DNA of 64,000 nt, from positions 137,070 to 201,069 of the forward strand of contig CAVWPX010000007.1 of assembly GCA_963757055.1 (NCBI GenBank), read 5' to 3'. The position numbers were made by a program, and so were the translations under genes. This DNA comes from an uncultured Chloroflexia bacterium. GTDB lineage: Bacteria; Chloroflexota; Limnocylindria; Limnocylindrales; CSP1-4. Shown here one piece after another: positions 43,567 through 55,599 of this stretch. Within the stretch, counting starts at the first letter, position 1; each line of letters starts with the position of its first letter. The notes below the pieces were generated by a model that had not been told where the DNA came from, did not search any database, and saw only the letters and a program-made list of their open reading frames with translations.

Positions 43567-44554
43567 ATGGCTGAGATGACCTACCGCAGTGCATTCGCCG
43601 CGGCGATCGCCCAGGAGATGGAGCGCGACCCGAGCGTCGTCCTCATCGGCGAGGACGTCGGCGCGGCCGGCGGCGTGTTCAAGCTGACCGAGGGCCTGTT
43701 CGGGCGGTTCGGCGCCGAGCGCGTCCGCGACACGCCGATCAGCGAGCAGGCCATCGTCGGGGCCGCGATGGGCGCCGCGATGACCGGGCTGCGACCGGTC
43801 GCCGAGCTGATGTTCAGCGACTTCTTCGCGGTCGCCTGGGACATGGTCGCCAACCAGATCGCCAAGACCCGCTACATGACCGACGGCCAGGTGTCGCTGC
43901 CGCTCGTCCTGCACACCGCGAACGGGGCCGGCCTCCGCTTCGGCGCCCAGCACAGCCAGAGCGTCGAGAACTGGGCGATGGCGATCCCGGGCCTCAAGGT
44001 CGTCGCGCCGTCGACGCCCGCCGACGTCATGGGCCTCATGGCGGCCTCGATCCGCGACCCGGACCCGGTCGTCTTCTGCGCCTCGAAGGCGCTGCTGGCG
44101 ACCAAGGGCGAGGTCCCCGACGGCGAGCACATCGACACGCTCGGGAACGGCCCGCGTCGTCCGCGCCGGGAAGGACGCCACGATCCTGGCGCTCGCCTCG
44201 ATGGTGCCGAAGTCCGTCGAGGCGGCGGACCGGCTCGCCGCCGAGCACGGCCTCGACATCGAGGTCATCGACCTGCGCTCGCTGGTCCCGCTCGACACCG
44301 CCACGATCCTCGCCTCGGTCAAGAAGACCAGCCGGGTCTTCACGGTCGAGGAGAACCCGCGGCTGTGCGGCTGGGGCGCGGAGGTCGCCTCGATCATCGC
44401 CGACGACGGCTTCTACAGCCTCGACGCGCCGATCGTCCGGATCACCACCCCGCATATCCCGCTGCCGTCGGCGGCCGCGCTCGAGGACCTCGCCGTGCCG
44501 TCGGTCGAGCGGATCGCCGAGACCGTCAAGAGGCGACTGGATGACGCCGCCTGA
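43567..44554 (+). CDS. 2-oxoacid dehydrogenase E1 beta subunit (transketolase-like), one frameshift near 44150
   Basis: conserved E1-beta blocks; C-terminal domain continues in ORF 44201..44554. Confidence 0.75.
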
Positions 44555-45460
44555 CGGCCGACCCACCGTCGGGCTGCTGGGCACCGGCCGCATGGGCGCG
44601 GCGATGGCCCGTGCGCTGGCCGCGGCCGGCTACGAGGTCGTCCTGTGGAACCGGACGCCAGGCCCGGCGGCGAAGCTCGCGGCGGCCATCGACGGGCGGG
44701 TCGTCGCGACGCCCGGCCGACGCGGCTCGCGCGGCCGACGTCTGCGTGACGATGCTGGCCGACGGCGCGGCGGTGGACGCGGTCTACGCCGGTCCCGACG
44801 GGCTCCTCGCCGGGCGCGCATCCGGGGAGCGTCTTCGCGGATGCCTCGACCGTGGCGCCCGCCACGCTCCGGGGCCACGCTGCAGCCGCGTCCGCGGCCG
44901 GCGCCGGCCTCCTCGACACCCCCGTCTCGGGCAGCGTCGGGCTCGCCGAGAGCGGCAAGCTGACGATCATGGTCGGCGGGGCCGCCGAGGACCTCGAGCG
45001 GGCGCGGCCGATCCTCGAGGCGCTGGCGGGGACCGTCTTCCACCTCGGGCCGCTGGGCACCGGCGCGGCCATGAAGCTGGCCGTCAACACGCTGATCTTC
45101 GGGCTGAACCAGGCCGTGGCCGAAGGGCTCAGCCTCGCCGAGGCGGCCGGCATCGAGGGTCCCGCCGCCTATGACGTCCTGACCGCGAGCGCCGCCGGCG
45201 CCCCGCTGGTCGGCTACAAGCGCGCCGCGTTCCTCGAGCCCGAGACGACGCCCGTGGCGTTCTCGCTCGACCTCGCGGCCAAGGACCTGCGGCTCATCGC
45301 CGCCCTCGCCGAGGCCGTCGGCGTGGACATGCCGCAGGCGCGGACCAACCTGCACGCCATCGAAGCGGCCGCCGCGCAGGGCGGCGGCGAGCGCGACTTC
45401 TCCGCGGTCGCGAGTGCCACACGGCCCACCGCCGTCGGAAGCAGAGGAGGACCGGGCTGA
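44541..45460 (+). CDS. NAD(P)-dependent beta-hydroxyacid dehydrogenase (3-hydroxyisobutyrate dehydrogenase family), about 2 frameshifts
   Basis: N-terminal VGLLGTGRMGAAMA Rossmann motif; C-terminal 6PGD-like helical domain in ORF 44852..45460. Confidence 0.6.
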
Positions 45461-45536
45461 CCGACCACATGGCAGGGGCCGGCCGGCCCGTCGAGCGAGC
45501 ACACGCGATCGTCGAAGCTGCACAGAGGAGGCCGCA

Positions 45537-46932
45537 ATGAGCGAACGAACCCTGATCAAGGATGCCATCGTCCTCTCGATCGACCCCGACATCGGGGAGC
45601 TGCCGCGCGCGAGCATCCTGATCGAGGACGGCAAGATCGCGGCCGTCGGGCCGAACGTCACGGCCGACGGCGCGAAGGTCATCGACGCGACCGGCGACAT
45701 CGTCATCCCGGGCTTCATCGACACCCACCGCCACACCTGGGAGACGTCGATCCGGACCTCTGCGCCGGACTTCGCGCTGATCACCTACTTCGGGTCCATC
45801 CTCGACAAGTTCGCGCCGCACTACCGCCCCGACGACGTGCTGGCCGCGAACCGCTGGGGTGCGCTCGAGTCGCTCAACGCGGGCATCACGACCCTGGTCG
45901 ACTGGTCGCACATCATGAACACGCCGGCACCACGCGGACGCGGCGATCCACGGCCTCCAGGACACGGGGATCCGGTCGGTCTTCGCGTACGGCTTCGGGA
46001 ACACGTCGCTCGTCGACTGGTGGTTCGGTCCGGACTACACGGGCAGCGTCCTGACCTCCGACGGCGATGAGGCCCGTCGCCTGCGCAAGCAGTACTTCAG
46101 CTCCGACGACCAGCTCATCACGATGGGACTGGCCACGCGCGGCACCGGGTTCTGCAAGCCCGACGTGGTGCGCCACGACTGGGAGCTCGCCAAGGAGCTC
46201 GACCTCAACATCACCGTCCACGTCGCCATGGACCGCTTCGGCTACACGAAGCTCCAGGTCCTCGCGCTGCGCGACATGGACCTGCTCTACCCGAACACCA
46301 CCTACGTCCATGCCTCGCATTTCACCGACGAGGAGTGGGCGCTGGTCCGCGACTCCGGCGGCAACGTGTCCTTCGCCCCGCAGATCGAGGTCCAGATGGG
46401 CCACGGCTGGGCGCCCGCCGTCACCGCGCTCAAGTACGACGTGCCGATCGGGCTGTCGTCCGACGTCGCCACGACGGCCCCGTCCGACCAGTTCACCCAG
46501 ATGCGCTCGATCCTCGGGTCGGAGCGAGGGCGCAAGCACCAGGAGGCGTGGGACGCCAACCTCGACGGGCTCGAGGCCTCCCCGGGCCTCATCACCTCCC
46601 GGCAGGTCCTCGAGTGGGCCACCCTCGGCGGCGCCAAGGTCGCCGGCATCGAGGACCGGGCCGGCTCGATCACGCCCGGCAAGCAGGCCGACCTCGTGAT
46701 CATCGATACGTCCGCGGTGAACGTGTCACCGGTCATCGACCCGGTCGGCGCGGTCGTCTGCGCCGCGGACGTCTCGAACGTCCGGACCGTCCTCGTCGGC
46801 GGCAACGTGGTCAAGGACGACTTCCGCCTGAAGGCCGCCCTCGACTCGCCCCGCAAGGACGTCGAGGCCAGCCGCGACTACCTGCTCGGCAAGTTCGGCG
46901 ACCCCGAGCCCGGCTGGATCATGCCCGCCTGA
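45537..46932 (+). CDS. metal-dependent amidohydrolase (amidohydrolase_1 superfamily), one frameshift near 45930
   Basis: HxH metal motif (GFIDTHRHTWE), later His/Asp ligands in ORF 46123..46932. Confidence 0.65.
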
Positions 46933-46952
46933 CCCTCGCCCCCAGCGTCGAG

Positions 46953-46978
46953 AGAGCCCGGCTTCGGCCGGGCTCTCG
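46953..46978. terminator. 11-bp stem / UUCG tetraloop hairpin between convergent genes (bidirectional terminator candidate)
   Basis: GAGAGCCCGGC-TTCG-GCCGGGCTCTC located 20 nt after amidohydrolase stop. Confidence 0.5.
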
Positions 46979-46981
46979 GCG

Positions 46982-47832
46982 TTACGGGGCGGCGTGCTCC
47001 AGTCGATCCGCATCGAGGCGCGGAGCGTCTCGCCGGCCTCGAGGATCCGGAGTCCGGTCCGCGCCGCCTCGGCCTCGCCGCCGGCAAGGGCGTTCGGCCA
47101 GGCGGTCTGCGGCTCGACGCAGAACGCGTGCGGTGGCGTGTAGACGACGAGCGAGTTCACCGGCGCGTCCCAGGAGATCCGCAGCTCGAGGTCGGGGAAC
47201 GTCGCGACCGCCGGCGAGCGCGCGTCGACGTACGCGTGGTCGACGTGCCGGCCGGCGATGGGGTTGCCGGGTCGCAGGTCGGTCATGCCGCGGACGGGGA
47301 CGCGGCGCCCGGTCGGGATCATCGCGCGGGTCTGGAGCACCTCGTCCGCGTCGACGCGCAGCCGCGGACCCGGCGCCTCGCGACGGAACCACGGGTGCCA
47401 GCCGAGGGCCGCCGGCATCCGCCGCTCGGCCTCGACCTCGGCCTCGATCAGGACGCCGGTCGGGCCGAGGGTGAACCGCTGCCGGGCGAGGCCGCCGAAC
47501 GGCCAGCCGGCCGGTCCGAGGTCGCATCCGAGCGCCGCGGCATCCGCGTCGACGCGGGTCGCCGTCCACGGCCGGTCGTGGACCACGCCGTGGATCGCGT
47601 GCCGGCCGAGCGTCGCGGGCATCACGTAGTGGCGTCCGTCGAAGTCGAAGATGCCGTCCTCGAGGCGGCCGACCCACGGCGCCATCAGGAAGCTCCCCCA
47701 CTCGATGGAGCGGTCCGTGGCGTCCGGCGGTCCGACCAGGACCTCGCGATCGCCGAGGCAGAGCGAGGACAGGCGCCCGCCGCGCTCGAGGTCGATGCCG
47801 AGCCGCGCGCGTCCCGAGACGAGCTCGATCAC
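46982..47832 (-). CDS. aldose 1-epimerase (galactose mutarotase) family protein; 3' end uncertain
   Basis: mutarotase-like protein in frame of long ORF 46726..49251; GTG start overlaps kinase stop (GTGA); in-frame reading runs antisense through neighbouring gene, so a terminal frameshift is likely. Confidence 0.55.
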
Positions 47833-49283
47833 GACCCGTGCGCCGGCACGGCGGCCGCGAGCTCGATCGCGCCACGGAACGCGTCGATGCGCTCGAGCCG
47901 CTCGTCGTCGCGCGGGAGCGGGTCCAGCAACGTGCCGGCAGCCGTCCCCCAGCGGCGCGCGATCGCGGCCGGGTCCTCGTCGCGCCACGCCGCGGTCGCC
48001 TGGACCGCCGCCCCGATGGCGACCAGCTCGTCGGCGTCCGGGATCAGCACCGGCCGCCCGGAGAGCCGGCGGACGACCTCGACCCAGGTCCGCCCGCGCG
48101 CCCCGCCGCCGACCAGCATGAGCGGGGCGTCGTCGTCGAGCCCGCCCACCGCGGTCCCGATCGCGTCGAGCGCCTCGAGCAGCGCCGCGGCGGCGCCCTC
48201 GTAGGTGGCCATCAGGATCTGCTGCGGCGTGGAGGTGTGGCGGAGGCCCAGGATCGTGCCGGCGGCGCCGGGCAGATCGGGCGTGCGCTCGCCGTCCAGG
48301 TACGGGTAGACCACCACCGAGCCGGCCGGCGCGACGTCGTCGCGGTCGAGGCCGAGCCACGCCGCGGTCCGGTCGACGGCGAGCGTGCAGTTGAGCGTGC
48401 AGGCGAGCGGCAGGAAGCGGCCGGCCGCATCCGCGAAGCCCGCGACGACCCCGGTCGGGTCGGCCGTGCGCCGCTCGGAGACCGCGAAGATCGTCCCCGA
48501 CGTCCCGAGGCTCATGGCGGTCTGGCCGACGCCCAGCCCGAGCCCGAGCGCCGCGCCCATGTTGTCGCCGGTGCCGGGTCCGACCACCGTCCCGGGGGCA
48601 AGACCCAGCTCGGCGGCGACGGCCGAGGTCACCTCGCCCGCGAGCTCGCGCGGACCGAGCAGGCGCGGGAGGAGGCCGGCGTCGAGCGCGACCGACGGGT
48701 GGTCGAGGATGGCCGGCTCGTAGGCGCCGGTCGTGGGCGACCACCAGCCGGTCCCGGACGCGTCGCCCCGGTCGGTGGCGGCCGTGCCGGTCAGCCGGCC
48801 GGTGACGTAGTCGTGCGGCAGCTGGACGGCCCTGGCCGCGGCCGCGATCGCCGGCTCGGTGCGACGGAGCCACGCCCACTTCGAGACCGTGAACGAGGCG
48901 TTCGGGCGAAGGCCGGTGAGGCTCGCCCAGCGCTCCGCGCCGAGCTCCTCGGTCAGGCGTTCGGCATCGGCCGCCGCCCGCGTGTCGTTCCAGAGCGAGG
49001 CGTCGCGCAGCGGCTCGCCGGCCGAGTCGAGGACCACCAGGCCGTGCTGCTGGCCGGCGACGGAGATCGCGCCGACCTCGCCGGCCCGGCCGGTCTCCGC
49101 GAGCGCGTCGCGGACGGCGGTCCACCAGCCGCGCGGGTCCGACTCGCGCGCGCCGTCGGTGCCGGTGACGACGTGCGATGCCTGCCCGCGCGCCACGACC
49201 TCGCCCGTGTCGGGGTCCATCAGCAGGATCTTGGTCGACTGGGTCGAGCAATCGACCCCGGCGACGAGCCGTCCACCCGTCAC
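47829..49283 (-). CDS. FGGY family carbohydrate kinase (xylulokinase-like)
   Basis: N-terminal LVAGVDCSTQSTK and FGGY domain blocks; about 484 aa from GTG start. Confidence 0.75.
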   Translation of the reverse strand: MTGGRLVAGVDCSTQSTKILLMDPDTGEVVARGQASHVVTGTDGARESDPRGWWTAVRDALAETGRAGEVGAISVAGQQHGLVVLDSAGEPLRDASLWNDTRAAADAERLTEELGAERWASLTGLRPNASFTVSKWAWLRRTEPAIAAAARAVQLPHDYVTGRLTGTAATDRGDASGTGWWSPTTGAYEPAILDHPSVALDAGLLPRLLGPRELAGEVTSAVAAELGLAPGTVVGPGTGDNMGAALGLGLGVGQTAMSLGTSGTIFAVSERRTADPTGVVAGFADAAGRFLPLACTLNCTLAVDRTAAWLGLDRDDVAPAGSVVVYPYLDGERTPDLPGAAGTILGLRHTSTPQQILMATYEGAAAALLEALDAIGTAVGGLDDDAPLMLVGGGARGRTWVEVVRRLSGRPVLIPDADELVAIGAAVQATAAWRDEDPAAIARRWGTAAGTLLDPLPRDDERLERIDAFRGAIELAAAVPAHGS

Positions 49284-49299
49284 GTGCGTCCCTTCCGCG

Positions 49300-49851
49300 T
49301 CACGCCTCGAGCGCGTCCCGAAGCCACGCCACAAGGTAGCGCACGAACGACGGCCGGACGAGCACGCGGTAGCGCGGCTCCGGGTCGTCGGCCACGTGCC
49401 ACAGGACGACGTTCGCGCGGGCGAGCAGCGTCTGGGCGCAGGCACCGACCGGCAGCGCCCGCTCGAGGTCCAGCGCGCAGCCGGCGGCGAGGAGCTCGAG
49501 GGCGTCCGGGCCGGCGATCTCGATGCCCACCCGATTGGCGGAGACGTCGACGGTCGTCAGGAACCCGCCGGCGGCGGCCTCGCGGAGGGCGGCTTCGATC
49601 GCGGCGGCGACATCGGACGGCGCGCCCTCGCGCGCGACGACCAGCCACTCGTCGGGACCGAGCCACAGGACGTGGCCCTGGCCGTCGCTCGCGGCGGCCA
49701 CGGTGTTCGGCGCCGTGGGCGGGACCGCGGCGAGCGCCTCGCCGATGCGCGCCAGCAGCGCGGCGTCGGCCGGGTCCGCCCGGAACGACACCTGCGGCAT
49801 CGCCGCCAGGACCCGGACCGTGGCCGCGATCGGGTCCGTCCGCGTGGTCAC
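49300..49851 (-). CDS. soxG: sarcosine oxidase gamma subunit
   Basis: 183 aa SoxG-like protein; overlaps soxA C-terminal ORF by 4 nt. Confidence 0.65.
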   Translation of the reverse strand: MTTRTDPIAATVRVLAAMPQVSFRADPADAALLARIGEALAAVPPTAPNTVAAASDGQGHVLWLGPDEWLVVAREGAPSDVAAAIEAALREAAAGGFLTTVDVSANRVGIEIAGPDALELLAAGCALDLERALPVGACAQTLLARANVVLWHVADDPEPRYRVLVRPSFVRYLVAWLRDALEA

Positions 49852-52292
49852 GTCGCGGGCTCCCCGTCTCGTCGCCGGTTCTCGGGATCGAACAGCACGG
49901 ACTCGGCGATCACCGCCTCGACGACCCGGTCCGCCAGCGGCACCCGCACCCGCTCGCCGATCCGGTCGCGGCCGCCCTTCACGAGGGCCAGCGCGAACGT
50001 CCGCCCGAGCGCGGCGCTCCGATACGACGAGGTCACGTGGCCGAGCATCGGGACCGGGATGCTCGCCAGATCGGCATCGAGCGCGACCAGCTGGGCGCCC
50101 TCGGGGAGCAGCTCGTCGGCGTCGACCGGCAGCAGCCCGACCAGCTGCTTGCGATCCGGCCGCAGGCTGTCGGGCCGTCGCTGCGAGCGACGGCCGATGA
50201 AGTCCTTCTTCGTCGAGACCAGCGCGCCGAGGCCCAGGTCCTGCGGCGTCACGGTCCCGTCGGTCTCCTGGCCGATGATCGGATAGCCCTTCTCGGCGCG
50301 AAGGACGTGCATGGCCTCCGTGCCGTACGGGCGTGATCCCGAGCGGCGCGCCGGCGGCCATCACGGCCTCCCAGAGCGCCAGCCCGCGGTCCGACGGCAC
50401 GTTGAGCTCGTACGCCAGCTCCCCGGAGAACGAGATCCGGAACACGCGCCCGGCGATCCCCGCGATGACCGCGTCGCGCCAGGTCATGAACGGGAAGGCC
50501 TCGATCGCGACATCGAGCCCCGGCGCCAGGGCCGCGACGACCTCGCGCGATCGCGGCCCGACCACCGCGACCGTCGCCCATTGCTCGGTGACGCTCGTCG
50601 CCCGCACGCGCAGCTCCGGCCACTCGGTCTGGAGCCACTCCTCGAGGTGGTCGAGGACCGGCGCGGCGTTGCCGGTCGTCGTCGTCATCTGGAACCGGTC
50701 GTCGGCGAGCCGCGCGGTGACGCCGTCGTCGAAGACCATCCCGTCGACGCGGCACATGACGCCGTAGCGGCACGCGCCGACCTTGAGCGTCGAGAACGTG
50801 TTCGTGTAGACCCGGTCGAGGAAGACCGCGGCGTCCGGACCCTGGAGGTCGATCTTGCCGAGCGTCGTGGCATCCATGACCGCGACCCCGGTCCGCGCGA
50901 CCGCGCACTCGCGCAGGACCGCCGCCTCCATCGACTCGCCGCCGAGCGGGAAGTAGCGCGGCCGCTTCCACTGGCCGACGTCCTCGAAGACCGCGCCATG
51001 GGCGACGTGCCAGTCGTGGATCGGCGTGACCCGGATGGGGTCGAGGAGGTCGCCGCGGTCGCGTCCGGCGAGCTGGGCGAAGCTGACCGGGACGACCGGC
51101 GGCCGGTAGGTGGGCACGCCGACCGCGCCGACCTCCTGGCCGAGGATCGCCGCCGCGATGGCCGACGCCACGACCCCCGACGTCTTGCCCTGGTCGGCGG
51201 CCGTGCCGATCGTCGTGTAGCGCTTGACGTGCTCGATCGAGGTCAGGCCGGCACCGAGCGCGCGGCGCAGGTCGCGGGCGGTCGAGTCGCGCTGGAGGTC
51301 GACGTAGTGCGTGGCCCAGGCGTCCTCGCCCGGTTCGTCGCCGGGCGGCGGGACGATCCAGGCCGGCTCGATCCGTCCGAGGTCCGCGATGTCGCCGGCG
51401 GCCGCGCCGACCGCCGTCCATGCGCCCGTGCGGGCCGGGCCGATCCGGGACGAAGGCGGCGATCCGCTCGTCGAAGCGGAGCGTGCCGCGGGCCTGGCTC
51501 CACAGCGCGACGTTCGGGTTCCAGCCGCCCGAGACGAGCAGCAGGTCCGCGTCGACGGTCTCGTAGCGCCCATCGCCGCGGGCGATCGCGACGGACGCCA
51601 GCCGGCCCTCGCCGTCCGCTCCGGTGCCGACCACCGTCTCGCCGCGCCGGACGTCTGCCTCCGCAACGATCTCGACCCCGGCCGCGCGGAGCACGCGCCG
51701 CGACGCGGTCCGTGGTGTCGTTGTTCGTGAAGACCACGGCGCGGGCACCCGGCCGGACGCCGTACCGCTCGACGTACGCCGCGGCGGCGCTCGCGAGCAT
51801 GATCCCGGGCCGGTCGTCGTCGGCGAAGACGATCGGCCGCTCGGTGGCGCCCGTCGCGACCACGATGCGACCGGCCCGGATGTGCCAGAGCCGGCCCTCG
51901 GTCCGCGCGGTCGGATGCCGCTCGACCGCGGTCACGTACCCGTGGTCGTAGACGCCGAGCGCGGTCGTGTCCGCGAGGACCCCGTCGCCCGACGCGGCCG
52001 GATCCGCGTCCAGCACGAGCACCCGCGCATCGGGGTCCGCCGCACGCGCGGCCGCCGCCGCGGCGAGACCCGATGCCCCGGCCCCGATCACCAGCACCTC
52101 GACGTGCGCGTACCGCTTGTCGAAGCGCGCGTCGTCGGACCGGTCGATCAGGCGCCCCTTCCCCGCCAGCGGCCAGGCGCGCAGACCCGCTTCGAGCTGC
52201 AGGGTCGTCGCCCGGACCATCGGCTCGGACACGCCATCGGCCCGCTCGACCTGGACGAGCGCGTTCGGCTCCTCGGGGCCGGCGGTCATCAC
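49848..52292 (-). pseudogene. soxA: sarcosine oxidase alpha subunit, at least 4 frameshifts
   Basis: NAD-binding N-terminus ([14 protein letters not shown]), central and GcvT-like C-terminal blocks distributed over ORFs 51243..52292, 50249..51748, 49300..51666 and 49848..50312. Confidence 0.65.
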
Positions 52293-52467
52293 GCCCCGTG
52301 GCCGGTCGTCGTAGATGCTCCGCGCGACGATGTCGACGCCGTTCGCCAGCAGCGCCGAGGCGAGCGTGTCGCCCGCGAACCCGGTCAGCGCGCGCCCGTC
52401 GAACTCGAATGCGATCGGTCGCGAGTCCGGTCGATCCGGTCGCCGCCGGCCGGCAGCCGCAGCCCGC

Positions 52468-52710
52468 TCACCCGAGCACCTCGTTGGTCAGGGTGTCGCG
52501 GGTGAGGTCGAACCAGCGGCGGCAGCCCGCCGTGTGGACCCAGCGCTCGCGCCACGCGCCCTTGGGGTTGTCGCGCATGAACAGGTACTCGGCCCACTCG
52601 GCATCGGTCATCGCGTCCGGGTCCGTCGGGTACGCGATCCCCGCCTGGCCGCCGTAGCGGAACTCCGTCTCGTCGCGCGGCCCGCACCACGGGCAGGGGA
52701 TCGACAGCAT
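52468..52710 (-). CDS. soxD: sarcosine oxidase delta subunit
   Basis: 80 aa with CPWCG...C...HTAGC zinc-type pattern typical of SoxD. Confidence 0.7.
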   Translation of the reverse strand: MLSIPCPWCGPRDETEFRYGGQAGIAYPTDPDAMTDAEWAEYLFMRDNPKGAWRERWVHTAGCRRWFDLTRDTLTNEVLG

Positions 52711-53950
52711 CAGTGGGCGACCGCCGCCGCGCCGTGCTCGTCGATGAGCGCGCCCGTCGTGAATCGATCCAGCGCGAAGGCGCGGTTGAGCTCGTGCGGC
52801 TCGTCGTGGGCGACCGTGTGCGCCAGCACCCAGCCCGACGCCGGCGTCGCCTTGAACCCGCCGGTCCCCCAGCCGCAGTCGAGGTACAAGCCCGCCGACC
52901 GGCGTCAGCCCGATGATCGGCGACGCGTCCGGCGACACGTCGACGATCCCGCCCCACGTCCGCAGCACGTGCGCGCGCGCGAAGATCGGGAAGAGCTCGA
53001 GGGCCGCCGCCATCTGGTGCTCGATGATGTGGAACGCCCCGCGCTGCGCGTAGCCGTTGTAGCCGTCGATGCCCGCGCCGAGGACGAGCTCGCCCTTGTG
53101 CGCCTGGCTGACGTAGACGTGGACGGCGTTGGACATCACGACGACCGGGTGGACCGGCTCGAGCAGCTCCGAGACGAGCGCCTGGAGCGGATGGCTCTGG
53201 AGCGGCAGCCGGATCCCGGCCATCGCCGCGACGATCGAGGCGTGCCCGGCGGCGACGATCGCGACCTTGCCGGCGGCGATCCGGCCGCGCGAGGTCTGGA
53301 CGCCGGTCACCCGGCCGCCCTCGATGTCGATGGCGGTCACCTCGGCGCCCTCGATGAGGTCGACGCCGAGGGCATCGGCGGCCCGGGCGTACCCCCAGGC
53401 GACGTGGTCGTGCTTGGCGATGCCGCCGCGCGGCTGCCAGGTCGCGCCGAGGACCGGGTAGCGGACATCGTCGGCCACGTTCACGATCGGGCAGAGGCGC
53501 TTGACGTCGTCAGGGCTCAGCCACTCGGCGTCGACGCCGTTGAGCCGGTTCGCGTGGACCCGCCGCTGGCCCTCGCGGACGTCGCCCAGGTTGTGGGCGA
53601 GGTTCATCACGCCGCGCTGGCTGAAGAGGAGGTCGTAGTCGAGCTCCTCGGGGAGCGTCTCCCAGAGCTTGAGGGCGTGCTCGTAGATGGCGGCGCTCTC
53701 GTCCCACAGGTAGTTGCTGCGGATGATCGCCGTGTTGCGGGCGATGTTCCCGCCGGCCAGCCAGCCGCGCTCCACCACGGCGACGTTCGTGATGCCGTGG
53801 CGCTTCGCGAGGTAGTAGGCGGCCGCCAGTCCGTGCCCGCCGCCGCCGATGATCACGACGTCGTACGCGGGCTTCGGGTCGGGGTGCCGCCAGAGCCGGT
53901 CGGGGTGCGGCGACGGGTGACGGTCGGCGCCGTCCGGGCGGGTCGGGTCC
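52710..53950 (-). CDS. soxB: sarcosine oxidase beta subunit (FAD-dependent), one frameshift near 52900
   Basis: [24 protein letters not shown] motif; C-terminal ~60 aa in another frame; start approximate. Confidence 0.65.
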
Positions 53951-54045
53951 ACGCTCGAAGGGTAGCGCGGCGGTCGGGCCGGATGGACCCGCCCGGCCTG
54001 ACAGGCGGTCCGCCGCCTTGACGACGGCTGCGCCACCGCCGACCC

Positions 54046-55556
54046 TTGCGCCCCAGTCAGCGCGACGATCGAGTGAGGGACCCGTTGCCGGACCTGTTCA
54101 TCGACGGTGCGTGGGTCGCCTCGGGCGACCGCACGTGCAGCCCCGTGATCAACCCGTCCGACGGCACGATCGTGACCGAGGTGGACGTCGCGACCGACGA
54201 CCAGGTCCAGGCCGCCATCGCGGCGGCGCGGCGCGCCTTCGACACCGGCGAGTGGCCGCGCACGACGCCCGCCGACCGGGCCGCCCTCCTGACCCGGGTC
54301 GCCGGGCTGATCGATCGCGACCTCGAGGCGACTGGCCCGCGAGGAGACGCTCCAGACCGGCAAGGCCATGCGCGAGAGCCGCTGGGACATCGCGGACGTC
54401 GCCCGCGTCTTCCGCTACTACGCCGAGCTCGCGACGCACGACGAGACCCGGACCGTCGCCCAGGACAACCCGGCCGTCCGCTCGCGGATCGCCTACGAGC
54501 CGGTCGGCGTCTGCGCGCTGATCGCCCCGTGGAACTACCCGCTGCTCCAGCTGTCGTGGAAGATCGCGCCCGCGCTGGCGGCCGGCAACACCGCCGTCAT
54601 GAAGCCGGCGTCGGTGACGCCGCTGACGGCGGTCCACCTGACCCGGCTGCTCGAGGAGGCCGGGGTGCCGGCCGGGGTCGTCAACCTCGTCCTGGGGCCG
54701 GGCGGCCGCGTCGGCCAGGCGCTCGCCGACAGCCCCGACGTGGACCTCATCTCCCTGACCGGCGGCATCGAGGCCGGCCGGGCGCTGCTCCGCGGCGCGG
54801 CCGGCAACATGAAGAAGGTCGCGCTCGAGCTCGGCGGCAAGAGCCCGAACATCGTCTTCGCCGATGCCGACTTCGAGACGGCCGTGGACAACGCGCTGAC
54901 CGCCGCGTTCACCCATTCCGGCCAGGTCTGCTCGGCCGGCTGCCGGGCGATCGTCGAGGACGGCGATCTACGACCGGTTCGTGGCCGAGGTCGGCCGGCG
55001 CGCCGACCTGATCCGGCTCGGGCTGGGCCTCGACGACGCCACCGAGGCCGGCGCGCTGATCACCGCCGAGCACCGCGCCAAGGTGGAGGGGTACGTCGCC
55101 TCCGCGCTCGAGGAGGGCGCCCGGCTCGTGGCCGGTGGCCGCCGCCCCGAGGAGCCGGAGCTGCAGGCCGGCTTCTTCTACCGCCCGACGGTCTTCGCCG
55201 ATGTCGACCGCACGATGCGGGTCATCCGCGAGGAGGTCTTCGGGCCGGTCCTGACCATCGAGCGGTTCACCACCGAGGACGAGGCCATCGAGCTCGGCAA
55301 CGACACGACCTACGGCCTCGCCGGGGCGGTCTGGACCGCCGATCCCGAGCGCGCGGAGCGCGTCGCGGCGCGGCTCCGCCACGGCACGGTCTGGATCAAC
55401 GACTACAACACGTACCTGCCCGAGGCGGAGTGGGGCGGCTTCAAGCAGTCGGGCATCGGACGGGAACTTGGCCCGAGCGGTCTGGACGAGTACCGTGAGG
55501 CCAAGCACATCTGGCTGAACACGGAACCGGGTCCCACAGGCTGGTTCGGCGGCTGA
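54046..55556 (+). CDS. betaine-aldehyde dehydrogenase-like ALDH, two frameshifts (near 54330 and 54965)
   Basis: ALDH blocks [22 protein letters not shown] across ORFs 54046..55011, 54368..55498 and 54981..55556. Confidence 0.65.
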
Positions 55557-55599
55557 CGCTCGGGCGGCCACCGCGTTCGTACGGAGGGTCAGCGCGACG

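Noticed and set aside
46982-47875. 297-aa Arg/Pro-rich ORF on the minus strand
   Set aside because: Alternative frame of the aldose-epimerase gene; its composition is not protein-like, and only its stop codon position is informative.
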